Made by a program: the position numbers and the translations under genes
Notes under the pieces: model-generated
What the model saw: only the letters and a program-made list of their open reading frames with translations
Databases searched by the model: none
Told to the model about the DNA's origin: nothing
Shown: one piece after another, positions 1-12,500 of the stretch
Layout of the letters: each line of letters begins with the position of its first letter
Numbering within the stretch: the stretch's first letter is position 1
Assembly (NCBI RefSeq): GCF_963506605.1
Contig: NC_083282.1
Location: 47,492,001-47,556,000 of the forward strand
Reading direction: 5' to 3'
Length of the DNA stretch: 64,000 bases
From: Zootoca vivipara
Taxonomy: Eukaryota

Positions 1-18
1 ACTGGAGGTACCACTGTA
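1..18. mobile_element. Right end of a Tc1/mariner(pogo)-type MITE
   Basis: GAGGTACCACTG+TA matches the terminus of the element at 24983-25248. Confidence 0.55.
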
Positions 19-476
19 TACTGGCATGAGACCTTGTGAAATGCTTAAATGTTGAAACTTCCTTCAAATTCTAGCCTAATTGATTAGCAACAGAGAACCC
101 TGAGACTTCAGGTGTCTGTACAAGAAGTACCTTAACTCTACTTAAATCAAAGACTCTCCTTATTCCATAGGAAGAAGGCAATAGTCTTTTTGTGTGTCCC
201 TGGAAATCACCCTTCTGGGATCACACCCTACTCTCTATTCCAGCAGAATGTGGGGAAATTCCTCTAGCAAATTTGAGCAAAATCTCCCCCAGAAATTGTG
301 TTCTGGTATGGTCTATTTTCTGAACACAGAAAAATAGTCTGTAGGGGTGTAGGGAGAGACCTGTTCCAAGCAAACGTGGTAACACAACTTACTGGTCATA
401 AAATGCCTGTGCCACCTCCTAATCTGGTGTTCCCCATTCAGGCTCCTCCACCAGTTCCTTCCCCTACACTGCTCAC

Positions 477-3400
477 CTCTCTGCACCCTCGTACAGTGAA
501 GTCCTTGAAAGTCCGGATGTCATCAATAAGCAGATTCATAAGTCGGAGTTTGTCAGCAAAACCAACCAACACATACAGTCCACTAGGGTGAAGGGAAAGT
601 GCATATGCCTCTTCTTGGTATTCCTTGTACAGGTCCAGTGTGCTGCAGCAGGAGCAACCATGGCAATCAAAGCACAGACCACGCTTCTCTGCAACTAAGT
701 TGTACCTAGTGCTATTTTTGGTCACAGTTCCCCCAAGAAGGTCAAATGCTGGGGAACAGTGAACAAAGGGGAACAAAGACAACTTGACTGCGTCATAGAT
801 ATACCAGTCCCTTTCAATGCATACAACAGGGCAGCAAAAATAATTTTTCACATGACACGGAGTTCATACTGTCAGTCAACCAAATTAATTCAGCATCACA
901 GTAGAATCAATTTGTATAACCAGAACTAACAATAAAACTGCCATTTTTTAAACCTAAAGTTGATAAAAGAAATAGGCTTTCTAATTTTGATAGCTCCAGA
1001 CTTTTAATGGATTTTTCTGGATTTAGAACTAGGTTACGTTTCTGTTACATACACAGGAGTCCCATGAAGAAGTACAATTATGTCAACTGATTTCTAGAGC
1101 AACCACCATCTCTTAATATTATGTTGTACTCTGAGTAAATATAAGCAGTTTCTATTTATCAGAATAGGACTGACACTTGCCCTGATCATTGCCTGGGGCT
1201 CTGTAGTGAATTGCCACTCACTCATAGTATGAGTACAATTCATAGTCTGAGTACAAATCAAAAGGCCGTGCAACAGATCATGTCCCCTTACTTGTTTTCA
1301 TAATTCCAGATGCGGACAGATTTGTCCAGTGAACAGGTAGCAACCAGGGGCTTGCGAATGCAGGTATCCAAGCCAGTAATAGAAGCAGAATGTATTGGGT
1401 GGTTCAGGTATTCAAAGTGAGCTGTCTCCCCCTAGTGAAATATCACAAACATGTTAGCTACAGCTGCTCATGTGATGGTGTAACACTAGGCAACACTGAA
1501 CTTCTCTCCATAGCAAAAAGGAGGCATTTGATATGTACTAAATTTATCAAAGCCCTGGAAAGTCTAGTGACAAATAGGGCATTTGTAGAGAAGTACACCA
1601 GTGACTATAGAAAAGTACTCTGAAGAGGTCCAAACAGAAACAGCCACTGCTGGAAATCTGACTGGAGAATATACCTTACAAATCTTGGGGAGATTTTCTG
1701 CAAGAGGTATTTAAGATTGCTGAAATGTGTCCTTGCTGTCTCACAGGAGAACATGACATTTTGAATTGTTTTTGATGAGGATTACACCAACACGTCTATG
1801 CACCAGGGCAAAGGAGGTTGCAGAAGGAAAGGCTGCCATTCTCTCTATATCCATAAATTGATACTGGTCCGGATGGAAACACCGGCTATGGTCCGGATGG
1901 AAACACAAATGAAAGGCCTAAGTGCCATGTGGTCATGATATTGCTGCATGGTTATTGGTGCTTTCAATGTGAAGTTGCTATAGGAGCTATTCAGTGGTGA
2001 TATGACTGGTGAAGGAACTGTGCAATTGAGAGTATTCTTTATGTTGATGGTTCTCCTTTCAACACTTTTTTTTAGGGTTGCTGAGTAATTGATTTGATCC
2101 AATCATATTACCAGACTGTCTTGGTTTCTTGGTTTCGTTCTGTTCTTTGCAGCACAAGAATATAAAATTACTTTGAATACCACATTTCCGAGTCGTTGCT
2201 CAGAACACAGTGCTCTTAATGAACTCACCTTGCTCATCTCAGCTGCTGATATGGAGAGGAGATAGAGCTGATTCTTAGTTGTGCTGATCAGAAGTGTTTC
2301 CTCTGCAGGACTGAAGGCAATACACACAACATCCTGTTTGTCCGACTGGTTTGGATCATTGCTGCACTGGTCTTGTGGAATCTATGAAATAAAGCAGCTT
2401 AGTTAACTACTTTCCTAGATACATACTTTCTAGTCCAGTTTTGCAGCAGAGTAATAGATAATATTCCATAACCAATGGCAGCAAGATTGCCTTAATAAAG
2501 ATTTTCACCTTTAAAAGCACAGAGCCAAAATGGCACATGGGCCAAAAATGGGCAGTTCCAGGGCAGAGAGGGCTTAGTCCATATCCTAAATTCCCTCAAA
2601 CCCCAATCCTGACCCCTATGTTCACAATATTATGCTGTTAAAATAGGGGATATAAAAGAAAACATTTGAACTGAACACAATATGCACCCCTACCTCACAT
2701 TGCCAAACACTCTTGAGCCCTTGTGTTTTGAGGGATCATAGAATCTTAGAGTTGGCAGGGACCCAAGGGTCATCTAGGCCAGCGTTTCTCAACCGCTGTT
2801 CCGCGGCTCACTAGTGTGCCGCGAGACGCTGGCTGGTGTGCCGCGACGTGCGGCGACGAGAAGGGTGATTTGCATTGTCACGTGCCTGGCGGCCGCCAAT
2901 ACACTACACTAACCCGCCGGGAAGCAATATTTCTCCTCCTCTTTCCCAAAGCTCAGTGCAAACGAGCCTGGCGGCCGCCAATACACTGCGCTTACCCGCC
3001 GGAAAGCAATATTTGGCAAGTGTTTCTTACAGTCGTAATTATAATATAGGGCGGCACAGAGTTAAATTTTTTAATGGTGGTGTGCCTCATTATTTTTTTC
3101 ACGGAACAAGTGTGCCGTGGCCCAAAAAAGGTTGAGAAACACTGATCTAGGCCAACCCCCTACAATGCAGGAATCTCCGCTAAAGCATCCATGGCAGATG
3201 GCCATCCAACCTCTGCTTAAAAACCTCCAAGGAAGGAGACCCCTTGTGGGGGTCTGTTCCACTGCTGAACAGCTCTTACCATCCCCCTGGGCAGTGGAGC
3301 AGAGGAAATAGAAGCATCATAGTGCCACACACAAGGGAGGGAGAAGTACAGTGATGGTTCATGGAGGTGGGGCAGTGACGTCCTCCCAGCAGCAGCAGCA

Positions 3401-6400
3401 GCAGGATGAAGTGGTGGTGGTGAGGTTGGGGAAGCATTGGGTTGGTGCCATTGGCCCTGCAGATGGGTGCACACCTACCGTACAAGGGTATTGCCACCAG
3501 GGAGCTCTCGCAACCTCACTGCTGCCACCTAGCTTCATCCTGATGATCTCATCACTGCAGCTGCTGCAAGGATGTCCCCACCCCATGATTCATAAGGGCT
3601 AATGAAGATTACAGTCAACACAATCTCTTATCCAAGGCTCTTTCTTAGCTCTTCAGAACCCTCTGTAGGGTGGAGGGGGCTGGAGAATGGGCTGGTTGGC
3701 TGGAACCATGTACTCCATTTTTGCTACTGTGACTCAGCAACGTTCTCTTCCACCTGACCATGAGCTCCAGTGAAGGATGGGGGCAGGCTCCTCGCAGCTC
3801 ACAAGCTCACTACTGCTACCATGATAATTCAGATGGTATAGGGTGTGCAAATAACAAGGTCTGCTGTGGCAATAACCTGCAGGGTTGGCAATCAATTAAA
3901 CAAGCAGAGCAGGGAACAAGTATAGCAAGGTGGGATGACAGTGGCTGCAAGATGCAAACAGCAACCTGGGTGTGTGAGAGCAGCCAACTGGAATGTGAGT
4001 GCTTCCCCTGATTGACTTTGGCACGTGTAGGTGTGTGAGGACTTTCTCCAGCAGTCCTCACAATATCACATCCAAAGCCTGAACCTGATACCTCCTGCAT
4101 GCAAGACTTGTGAAGCACCACAGGGTAGGGTTTGTCATTTAGCCACCTTGGACCTCATTGATATGGCTGGGTCTGTTGGTTGGGGATTAGCAAATGCCTT
4201 ATTATGTGTTTGTCTCCTGCCTGAGGCTGGGGTTGAGTGGTGCCTGGCGCAGTGTGGGTTCTAGTTCTGCTGAATCTCCTTTTTCCTCCAACATTTATAT
4301 TGCTGGTGAGCTATGCAGTAGACCAAGCATTCCATGTCTCAGACTTCTTACCTACCCGTATCTCTCGGCTTTCTCTGTAACCTTCCTTCTCTTCTGACTT
4401 TTCAAACAGTAGAACAATCCCGGGACCAGCTGAACAAGCAAATCCCTTGGAATATGCAGCAATAGCAGAGACCCGAGGTAGAAATGCTTGCTGCTGTGCT
4501 TCAGTTTCACAAACCACCTCAGTGGAAATCTCAGGGGAATTGTGAGCAGGAAACTCAATAAGGCTTTAAAAAGAAATTCATCAATCAATCAGCAGCAAAT
4601 AGAGAAGTCTAACAAGGTCCAAATGTCAGTTGCATGAGGCATAAAAAAATGATTGTTGTTCTTTTTAAACTTTTTTTTTATTTCAGAGAATCCACATAGT
4701 CCTAGTATCAACATCAAGTTTTCCCTATTTGAAATTTTGTACACATATATTAGGACATAAGTCTCATTGAACTTGGTATAAATTCGAAGTCAACATACTG
4801 AAGGGTTTAGAGAAGATACTAAAGCTGTGCACACACTCCCATTTACTCTGCATTCAGTGCACTCTCACAACTGGTTTCTGAAGCCATGACCGTGTAATGT
4901 TAGCCACAATCCACATCTGTCCTGTAGTTTTTTGTGAAATACTGTGTTTTGATGCTTCTTGCCTCAGTCCAGTGTCAATCTGGATTGAATGCACCCATGA
5001 ATGCACCATGCCCCCCTCTGCCCAGTGGTGTGGGCAGACGGCATGTGACTTGGAAACATATCCAACTTTACTGAAGTGTACCAGTGCATGCCTATGCAAT
5101 TCAACATGCAGCAGAGGGGAAATGACCTTGCTGCATTTTAAGCCAGTAATGTATACAAATCCTAACACTCCAATCCTAAGCATGCTTCTTGAATTTAATT
5201 AGTACTTTACACAAGCTTTTAAATGATATCTTACAAATTTCAATTATTCATCCTCCCACAAGTGTGGCAGGTCATGATTAGTCCCATTTGACAGTGAGAC
5301 AAAACAGTTCCCATTTGACAAATGGTACAATCCTGTGCATGTCTATACAGAAGTTAAGTCCCACTGAGTTAAATGGGACTCACATTCTGGAAAGCGTGTA
5401 TAAAATGGGTGGACAACCTTTTCAAGCCTGAGGGCTGCCTCAGAGGCAATAACTTGTCTCAGAGAGGCAATACAGTCATGACCATGATACCATTTGTAGA
5501 TCACAGTAAAATGCATTATCTGCTGGAGCACATTGACCACTTGTGTCAATAGTTTGAAGGCAGTCTCACCTGTCTGAATCCTGTTGTGGTTCCTCCTTCT
5601 CTACTTCAGAGACTATCTCTTTGCGCTCAATACTTGTCTCCCAGCGAAGATCACCGGAGTCAAATAGGTAGATCTTGCCTGTGTCAGTGCCCACAACCAC
5701 CTTCTCTTCAGAAAGCCAGGCATGAGACAGGTAGTTTTGAGGTTCCCCTCGCAAGAAGTTGGTCTGTTTTAAGGTTCCCTCTGTGTATCTAAATAGCTTG
5801 AAAATGCCATATCCTGTAACACAGACTTGGGTGTTATCCTGTGGATTGAAGCTCACCTGGAAAAGGAAACACCATAAAATAAATAATTACTTGATGAGCA
5901 ACATGAATAATTGTCAGCTGATTAAAAAATTTAAGAGCAAAGGTCACCAGAGTGTTACAATACAAAATGTGTAAAAATGAAAGAACTGCTGTGTTAACAG
6001 CACCGAAGTGACCTCCCCAGGGCACAAGCCTGGACAGCGTGTGTGGAGGTCCTGGGCTGCCCAAACAAGATCCCCCTCTTGGTCTTACTGGTGTGGTTCA
6101 AAGAAAAGCAGAGCAATACGTTTGGCACCAGCTTGGCTGAAGGAGTTGCCAGAATGAGAAGTACAAAGCACCACACAACCATATTAGGGACTCAACCCTG
6201 GATTTGTGTAGGGTTTACTCATTAGCCTTTTCTTCACCCAAAGATACCCTCCAAAAGGCAGTGGAGGTTTAAGATCTCCTAGATGGGCTACCTTCCCAGG
6301 TTGACAAACCCCATCTGTCCCTCACTTCCCTCTACAGCATGTGCAGCATGTGACCGTAGGACCCCACTATTGGTCTCATCTGCTCTAGCCTGTCTTCACA

Positions 6401-8701
6401 TAGAGGAAGCTCCTACCTGACTAAGCTTTTGAGACCCATCATTTGCCATCACCTGGTTTAGCCAGCCAGTTGAATACATTTCCCAGGGTGTGGCTGCTAT
6501 CACATGCTGACAGCTTCTAGGAGCCAGAGGCGACAGCTGAGTGCAGAGTGGGGACCAAAGGTAGACAAACTACCTCAGAAAGGGCACAATATGTCCCCCA
6601 CCAGAAGCACTGCCTCTCCCCTAACACTCCATACAACCTAACCACCAGGGTCAAAAAAGGACAAAAGTATCTAAAGTATAATTGCTGATCTGCAATGCTT
6701 GTATACTCATTCAATCATGCAAGTTCTGTGTCTCAGATGTATATGTAAATGTGTGAATGTGAACAGCAGACCTGAGATTTCACACTGAGTCTATCTCCAT
6801 ATGGCAACTTTTCTCACTGAGGTCTCCAATGGTGGAGGCAGAGCCTTTCTCTTTGAGGCAATGACAAGTGGTGATAATTACCTCATGTACCCAAGTACAA
6901 TACTGATGCATGTGGTGCTTCTCTTCTATGTTACCTGATAAAGAGGATTGTTCTGGATATCAACCTTGATAATTGCCATTGTTCTTTGCTTTTCCCACAT
7001 CCAGTAGGCAAGGTTTGATTCTGGAGGTCCTGTCTGTGCCACTAGATATTTGGAATCAGGGGAAAAAGCTACACTAATAAATTCTTGGACCGCAAAATCA
7101 AAACTGTTCAAGATCTTCCGCTTCTTGCATGGGACAGATGACAGTTCATAGATTGTGATGGTCGGTTTATCCTGCAGTATCTCTGAAATAGCCAGATAGC
7201 GCCGATTTGGACTAATTGCCAGTGCTAGCATCCCTTGGCTCTTTTCTGAGCCTAAAAAGCACAGAGAAAAAGCTTATGTGAGCTTCATATAGGAACATGA
7301 CATTTTCAGGAGCCAAGTCCGATATCAAGGTTGGCCATGTGAGCGTCACCTTTTTTCAAAGACTTCAGGAAATAACTACATATTACTGAGATTAAACAGT
7401 TATAGAGATGACAAGCCAGGAAACTGAAATCCCAATAATTTCCCTCTTGTAGAGACACTGGCTCAGTTTACACATAACATTAAGCCATAGTTGAATCTAG
7501 GTATTAGCATGAATGTGTGACCATGCAGGTTCCCAGAGAGGGGATTGCAGTCACTTTGCTCCTTTACTAAAACAAGCCAAGCTTCAAACATTGGTTTACA
7601 AACTTGGCTTGTTTCAATAAACAATAATTAAAATTTACCACTGTTTAGGATATAGACATAATGCCAAATGGTAGGTAACTGGTAACAGAAGCTAGCCCTT
7701 CCAATCTCCTCATTACAGCCACCCTAGAGGAGAGAGAAGCATACAACAGCAAGGCCCATGGAATAATAGAATCATAGAATTGGAAGGAACCTCAAGGGTC
7801 ATCTCGTAGTCCAACCCCTGCAATGCAGGAGTCACATGACAGGTGGCCATTCAACCTTTGCTTAAAAACCTCACTCAGGTTAATTCACACGATGCTAAAC
7901 CATAGTTTCCTGAACATCTGCTTTGTTTATTTCTGACATTTTAATACCGCTTAATATAATAAATATCTAAGCAGTTTATACAAAAACATTCCAAGGATAC
8001 TCAGATGAATTGTTCAGCAATGCTTGAATGTAACCAGCTCTAAAATATACACCTAATGGGAAGATGCATTTTAAAACAGCATAAGCAAGAAGCGAAAATG
8101 TTTATATTTCACCTAAATCTAGACAGAACATAATTATGGGCAGAAGCCACTTTGCAACCAAGTGTCAGATCTGTAAACGACACTGTTGTGAAAGCATATA
8201 AAAACAAATACTGTAATTATTTTTTGGAAACCATGAAGCAGTGTAAACTGAGTTTCCTACCAGCTTCAATCATGCTTTCCAACTTTAATGTGATATGTGG
8301 GTTCCGAGCCTGACTGCAACTATTTTTAAAAAACAAACCCAGGTGGCTACTTTATTAGTAAGAAATAGCACAAGTATCATGTCTAAAATCTGAAAGGGAA
8401 GGGTCAGCAGCTAGGAATGCAGACGAGGCCTTGCTTATTTAGAAGACTGTTATTTTAGGCTGCACCTTCCCGCTTCCTTTCCTAAGTTTCAGCCTTGGCA
8501 GTGAGGGGACATGGGGGGTAGGGGTGGGGAGGAAGCTGATTTACCTGGGATGAACTTCTGCCATTTCTGCTCAATGTGATATTTCACACAGCTATTCCCC
8601 GCAGGGTACACTATTATCTGTTCATCGAAGAAGCAAATATTATTTGCCACCCGAGACTGGAAGCCAAAGATGTGGAGGGCTTGCGCTACAATCACCGACA
8701 T
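477..8701 (-). CDS. CFAP57: Cilia- and flagella-associated protein 57 (WDR65), first 7 coding exons; gene continues beyond window start
   Basis: Coding exons (minus): 8545-8701 (ATG; [13 protein letters not shown]...QKFIP), 6935-7251 ([21 protein letters not shown]...), 5570-5856 ([15 protein letters not shown]), 4356-4563 (SLIEFP...[13 protein letters not shown]...RESREIR), 2229-2381, 1292-1431 ([28 protein letters not shown]), 477-642 ([27 protein letters not shown]). All junctions GT-AG and phase-compatible (476 codons). WD40 peptides match recalled CFAP57; head-to-head with EBNA1BP2 as in human. Confidence 0.95.
2735..3290 (-). mobile_element. CR1-type LINE 3' fragment, split by a hAT MITE
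   Basis: ATCATAGAATC..AGAGTTGG..GGGACC..AGGGTCATCTAG..CCAACCC..CAATGCAGGAATC; related copy at ~7763-7870. Confidence 0.6.
2780..3144. mobile_element. hAT non-autonomous DNA transposon (MITE)
   Basis: TIR CAGCGTTTCTCAACC ... GGTTGAGAAACACTG; 8-bp TSD ATCTAGGC; internal ~50-bp direct repeat. Confidence 0.9.
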
Positions 8702-8853
8702 GGCGCCTGAGATTCAGCAAACTTTGCTGGAAAAGGAGAAAGAAGCGTCAGGATGATTTCCCAGGTGGGGTTGTCGTGCTCCTTCCCCAACAGGCTCCCA
8801 GGGATGGGGCCCCCACCCGCCAAGTCGTTTTGCTTGCTCGTCCCGAGTCTTGC

Positions 8854-9030
8854 NNNNNNNNNNNNNNNNNNNNNNNNNNNNNNNNNNNNNNNNNNNNNNN
8901 NNNNNNNNNNNNNNNNNNNNNNNNNNNNNNNNNNNNNNNNNNNNNNNNNNNNNNNNNNNNNNNNNNNNNNNNNNNNNNNNNNNNNNNNNNNNNNNNNNNN
9001 NNNNNNNNNNNNNNNNNNNNNNNNNNNNNN
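8854..9030. other. Assembly gap (177 N)
   Basis: Run of n characters in the GC-rich CFAP57/EBNA1BP2 promoter region; may hide part of the CFAP57 non-coding first exon (splice acceptor seen at 8727-8728). Confidence 0.99.
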
Positions 9031-9300
9031 TAAAAAGGAAGTCGGGGCTGGTTGCTATGGAGACGGCGTCCTGGTCGCATGGCGAGAGGGCGGGGGAGGT
9101 GGGGAACTCTAACCGGAAGAGGAAATACACGGAAACCGGAAGTAGTGCTGAGCCGTTCCGCGTGGTTTCTGAACCAGCGGCTGGCTGGAGTCGTGGAGGG
9201 GGCCTGCAGAAGAGGAGTCCTTGTAAGACCAAGTCTATAGTCGTATGTACGGTTTACGTAGGAGTAAGCGCTATTGAATACAGCGGGGGCTCCTTCCGAG
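9031..9300. promoter_or_regulatory. Bidirectional CpG-rich promoter CFAP57/EBNA1BP2 with RFX X-box and ETS sites
   Basis: GTTGCTATGGAGAC (9051-9064) fits the RFX X-box; CCGGAAGA (9113-9120) and CCGGAAGT (9136-9143) fit ETS/GABPA sites; CpG-rich, between divergent genes. Confidence 0.75.
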
Positions 9301-9585
9301 CAGCATTATAAAACGGTTTCTAGGGAGGGAAGAAGCCCCAGGTTCGGCTTAATACAACGTTAGGAATGTTTTGGGGCGGCAGGTGGAAGTTCAACACGTG
9401 GAGCATTCCCGGAATTTAAATGTATGCCGTTTCTCCGTCTTTTACCAGCCTGGCCGCGGGGAGGCAGGGAAGCAATACCAATCTCTCCAGTGGAGAAATT
9501 GAAGGTAAAGCGCACTTTCTGTGTTGTTTTTTTTCGTTCTTTGTGTAGCTCGGTGGATTCGAGGCACCCCAAAGCACAGTGTGCA

Positions 9586-12500
9586 ATGCCTCACGTAGAA
9601 ATGGAGGAAGGCTTCTCGTCATCGGATTCGGAAGAGTCCCTTGTCACTGACCGAGAGGTAAGTTTAGTGCTGTGATCATGCTGCACTGGAGTGTGGCCAG
9701 GATGTTGGTTATGGCTGGTGATGTTTAGCTCATTTCTCTGTAGTCTGCTGTGGAGGGCTACACTTCATTTCTTACAAGGGTTGTAGACAGGACTATATTT
9801 ATATAATAGTAATACCTTAAAATTAAAATTTATATAGGGCATTTCCCTATATAAATATCTTTACTTGCATGTAGAAGCAACACAGGGACAGCAGGGCTAA
9901 TCCATGTTAGCTAGAGCTGCTCATGTGATGGTGCAACACCAGGCAACACTGAAATTCTCTCCATAGTAAATCGTGCAGGGAGCTTCCACAACCCATTTCA
10001 TGGGTTCATCATATATTACATACTTTTTTGGTTTTTTAAGTAAGTAGCCCTGTATTATTGTTCATATTGTAAGTAAGCAGCGGAGGTGGAAAGAATAGCA
10101 GCTTGCCTAGTTGTTTTGTGACTAGAGTGAAATTTGAGTTAGTAGCTTACCGGCTCCTAGCCACCAATGCCTGTTCACAGTAGCACGCCACAGTGCACTG
10201 TCAGTACAGCATCTAAAGCAAAGCGTGCTTACACAGGTTAGATAGAGAGCTGCTTTGTCTAATCACTTGCAATTTGAGTGCTTCATTTTAGGGTTCCTCC
10301 CACTTGTGCTCCTGTGTGCTTTGTTTCTTACTTTTTCCAAGGTTTCTGTTATTAAGGGTTTGGGGTGGGTGAGCTAACATCCTTCTGTTTCAGCATTCTG
10401 GGATGTTGCTGATTTTATCACTTTTCTTCCTTATAGCTCCAAGACGCATTTTCCAAAGGTTCACTAAAGCCAGGCCTAAACATTGTGCTAGAGGGACAGC
10501 CAAAAGCTTTCAACAATGTGGTGAGTGCTGTATGATCATGACCTTTGTGGGATTAATTTGTGTGGGCAGATTGAGCTTCCTTTGGCATACCATTTAGCCA
10601 GAGTAAAATTGTTCAGCCACTCAGTTCAGTCAGTCTGCTGCACTGAACCTTTAAACTGAATTCCTGGCATCTATAGTCCTCTTCATTTTTTGGAATGGCT
10701 TGGGCTTATTTATCTGTATGCTTGGTGAGTCTTACTTTTTAGATTGGGCATCACCCACCACTTACATGGTAACTTAATAATGCTGTACTTGCTTGGACCA
10801 TCAAGACATGTTGGAAGTGGGGCAAGAAAAAAAGTTGACACTTATTTGACTACACTGTATCAAAATTAGAGTGGTACCATGTTCTGCAGGCTGATAAAAC
10901 TACTTAAGCTATTCAGTTTCCTTCAAATTTATAGGGGAAATTCTGTATTGGTCTCTATTTGTGTTGTCATTGTTAAGACTGAAGCACTAGGAGGAGCTTG
11001 AGGCTCAAAAACCTCCGGCATCTGTTTTGATAGAGAGCAGAAGACAATGCATCTTTTGGGGTGGGAGTATCAGGACATGGTCTATTTGGGGAGGAGAGAT
11101 TCCTAGTTCTGCATTGGTTGGCATGTTAGTTTTTGTGTAGAAGATTTTTGTGTTGCATTTAATGCACAATTAATATGCTCTTTTCTAGGATGGATTGAAG
11201 CAGTGCTTGTCTGAATTCCAGAAACACCTGGCCTGGATTGAAAGGCTTGATGTCACCTCTCATTTGGAAACAAGTGCCACAAATGCAGCTTCTAGTCAAA
11301 CACTTGACAAAGATGATGTTGACCCCGAGGATGACTTCAAGAGAGAGATGAGCTTGTAAGTCTGTGTATAGGAAGTAGAGCTGCTTCTTATCAGCCTGGT
11401 GTGTTGAGCTTTTAGCTTTTTTCAGCCATATGCACAATGGAACAATATGTTAGTAGTTCAAGAGTTTTTTTATTGTCCAATGGAAGAAGTAACAATTTAC
11501 TAATGGCCCAATGGCTGCTTGCATATAACATCTTAATACATTATCCTGTGTTCCCAGCTATCGTCAAGCCCAAGCATCTGTTTTAGAAGCTTTGCCTCGG
11601 CTGCATAAGTTCAAAATCCCTACTAGGCGGCCTGATGACTATTTTGCAGAGATGGCAAAATCTGATCAGCAGATGCAGAAGGTAAGATGCATGGTTCTCT
11701 TCTTTTCTCATCTGGCTGCTATAATGGATATGTTAACAGTTGCTGGCCATATACAAAATTGTGTCACATTGGGTCTGGTATTTTGATGGTGCTTGATCAT
11801 AGTGCATCAGCAAATGAAGAAAAAAAGCTTTAGCAAAGATCTTCTCAGTGCATAATACTACAGATCATGAATTGTTAATTGAAAAATGGTTAATAAAAGG
11901 TCATAAAAAGCTTGCTTGTGGGCATTTTCAGCTTGTACTGAACTCTTAAGAAAGAGGGACTATAATGAAGATTGATTTTGTGTGGAACATAATGCTGCTG
12001 TCACATACAATGTTGGGTATGGGGTAAATGTGTGTAGTTTAGGGAGACAGGTCTTGCAGCCTCAGTTGGGACCTGTGCCAGGCCTAGTAAAGGTTCCCAT
12101 CCCTGCTGCATATTTTCTTGGGCCTTCAGAATAAAGAATTAGCCGTGGATTCTGTAGCAATTCTTTGGCAGCAATATGTCCTTATCGAGCTCTTTAGAGA
12201 ACTGTCATTTTTTCTGTATTAACAAAATGATGCATCTAAGGCCATGGCTGCATTTTGAGGCATTAATAGTGAATGTGTGCGTCTGCTCTTGCCTCTCCCT
12301 TTGGTCATTAAGTATCCAAGAAATAATGGTGGGTTATGAGTTTCTGGCATGATGCTTTTTCTTGTCTTGTGTGACCTCGCTGGAGAAAGACAGCAACTTT
12401 TGCCCAACAGTTATAGAGTCTGAGTAGTCCTAAACAGCTGAAGCAATTGTCAAAATTCACATTTAGGAGTGCAGCACACTCTAAGCTGCTTTGGTTTTCA

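Noticed and set aside
1865-1905. Two copies of TGGTCCGGATGGAAACAC
   Set aside because: Simple local tandem duplication in an intron with no further structure.
3217-4260. Dense short ORFs in a CFAP57 intron
   Set aside because: GC-rich, CAG/GTG-rich low-complexity sequence with no coherent product or element boundaries.
6000-6600. Possible RTE-type LINE remnant
   Set aside because: Only a vague recalled resemblance; no ORF, tail or TSD found.
8644-9311. Long ORFs spanning the promoter
   Set aside because: They are open only because they cross the 177-N gap.
9424-9585. N-terminal extension of EBNA1BP2 from ATG 9424
   Set aside because: The segment contains a polypyrimidine tract and acceptor (AG at 9547-9548), so it is mostly intron; ATG 9586 gives the expected 306 aa.
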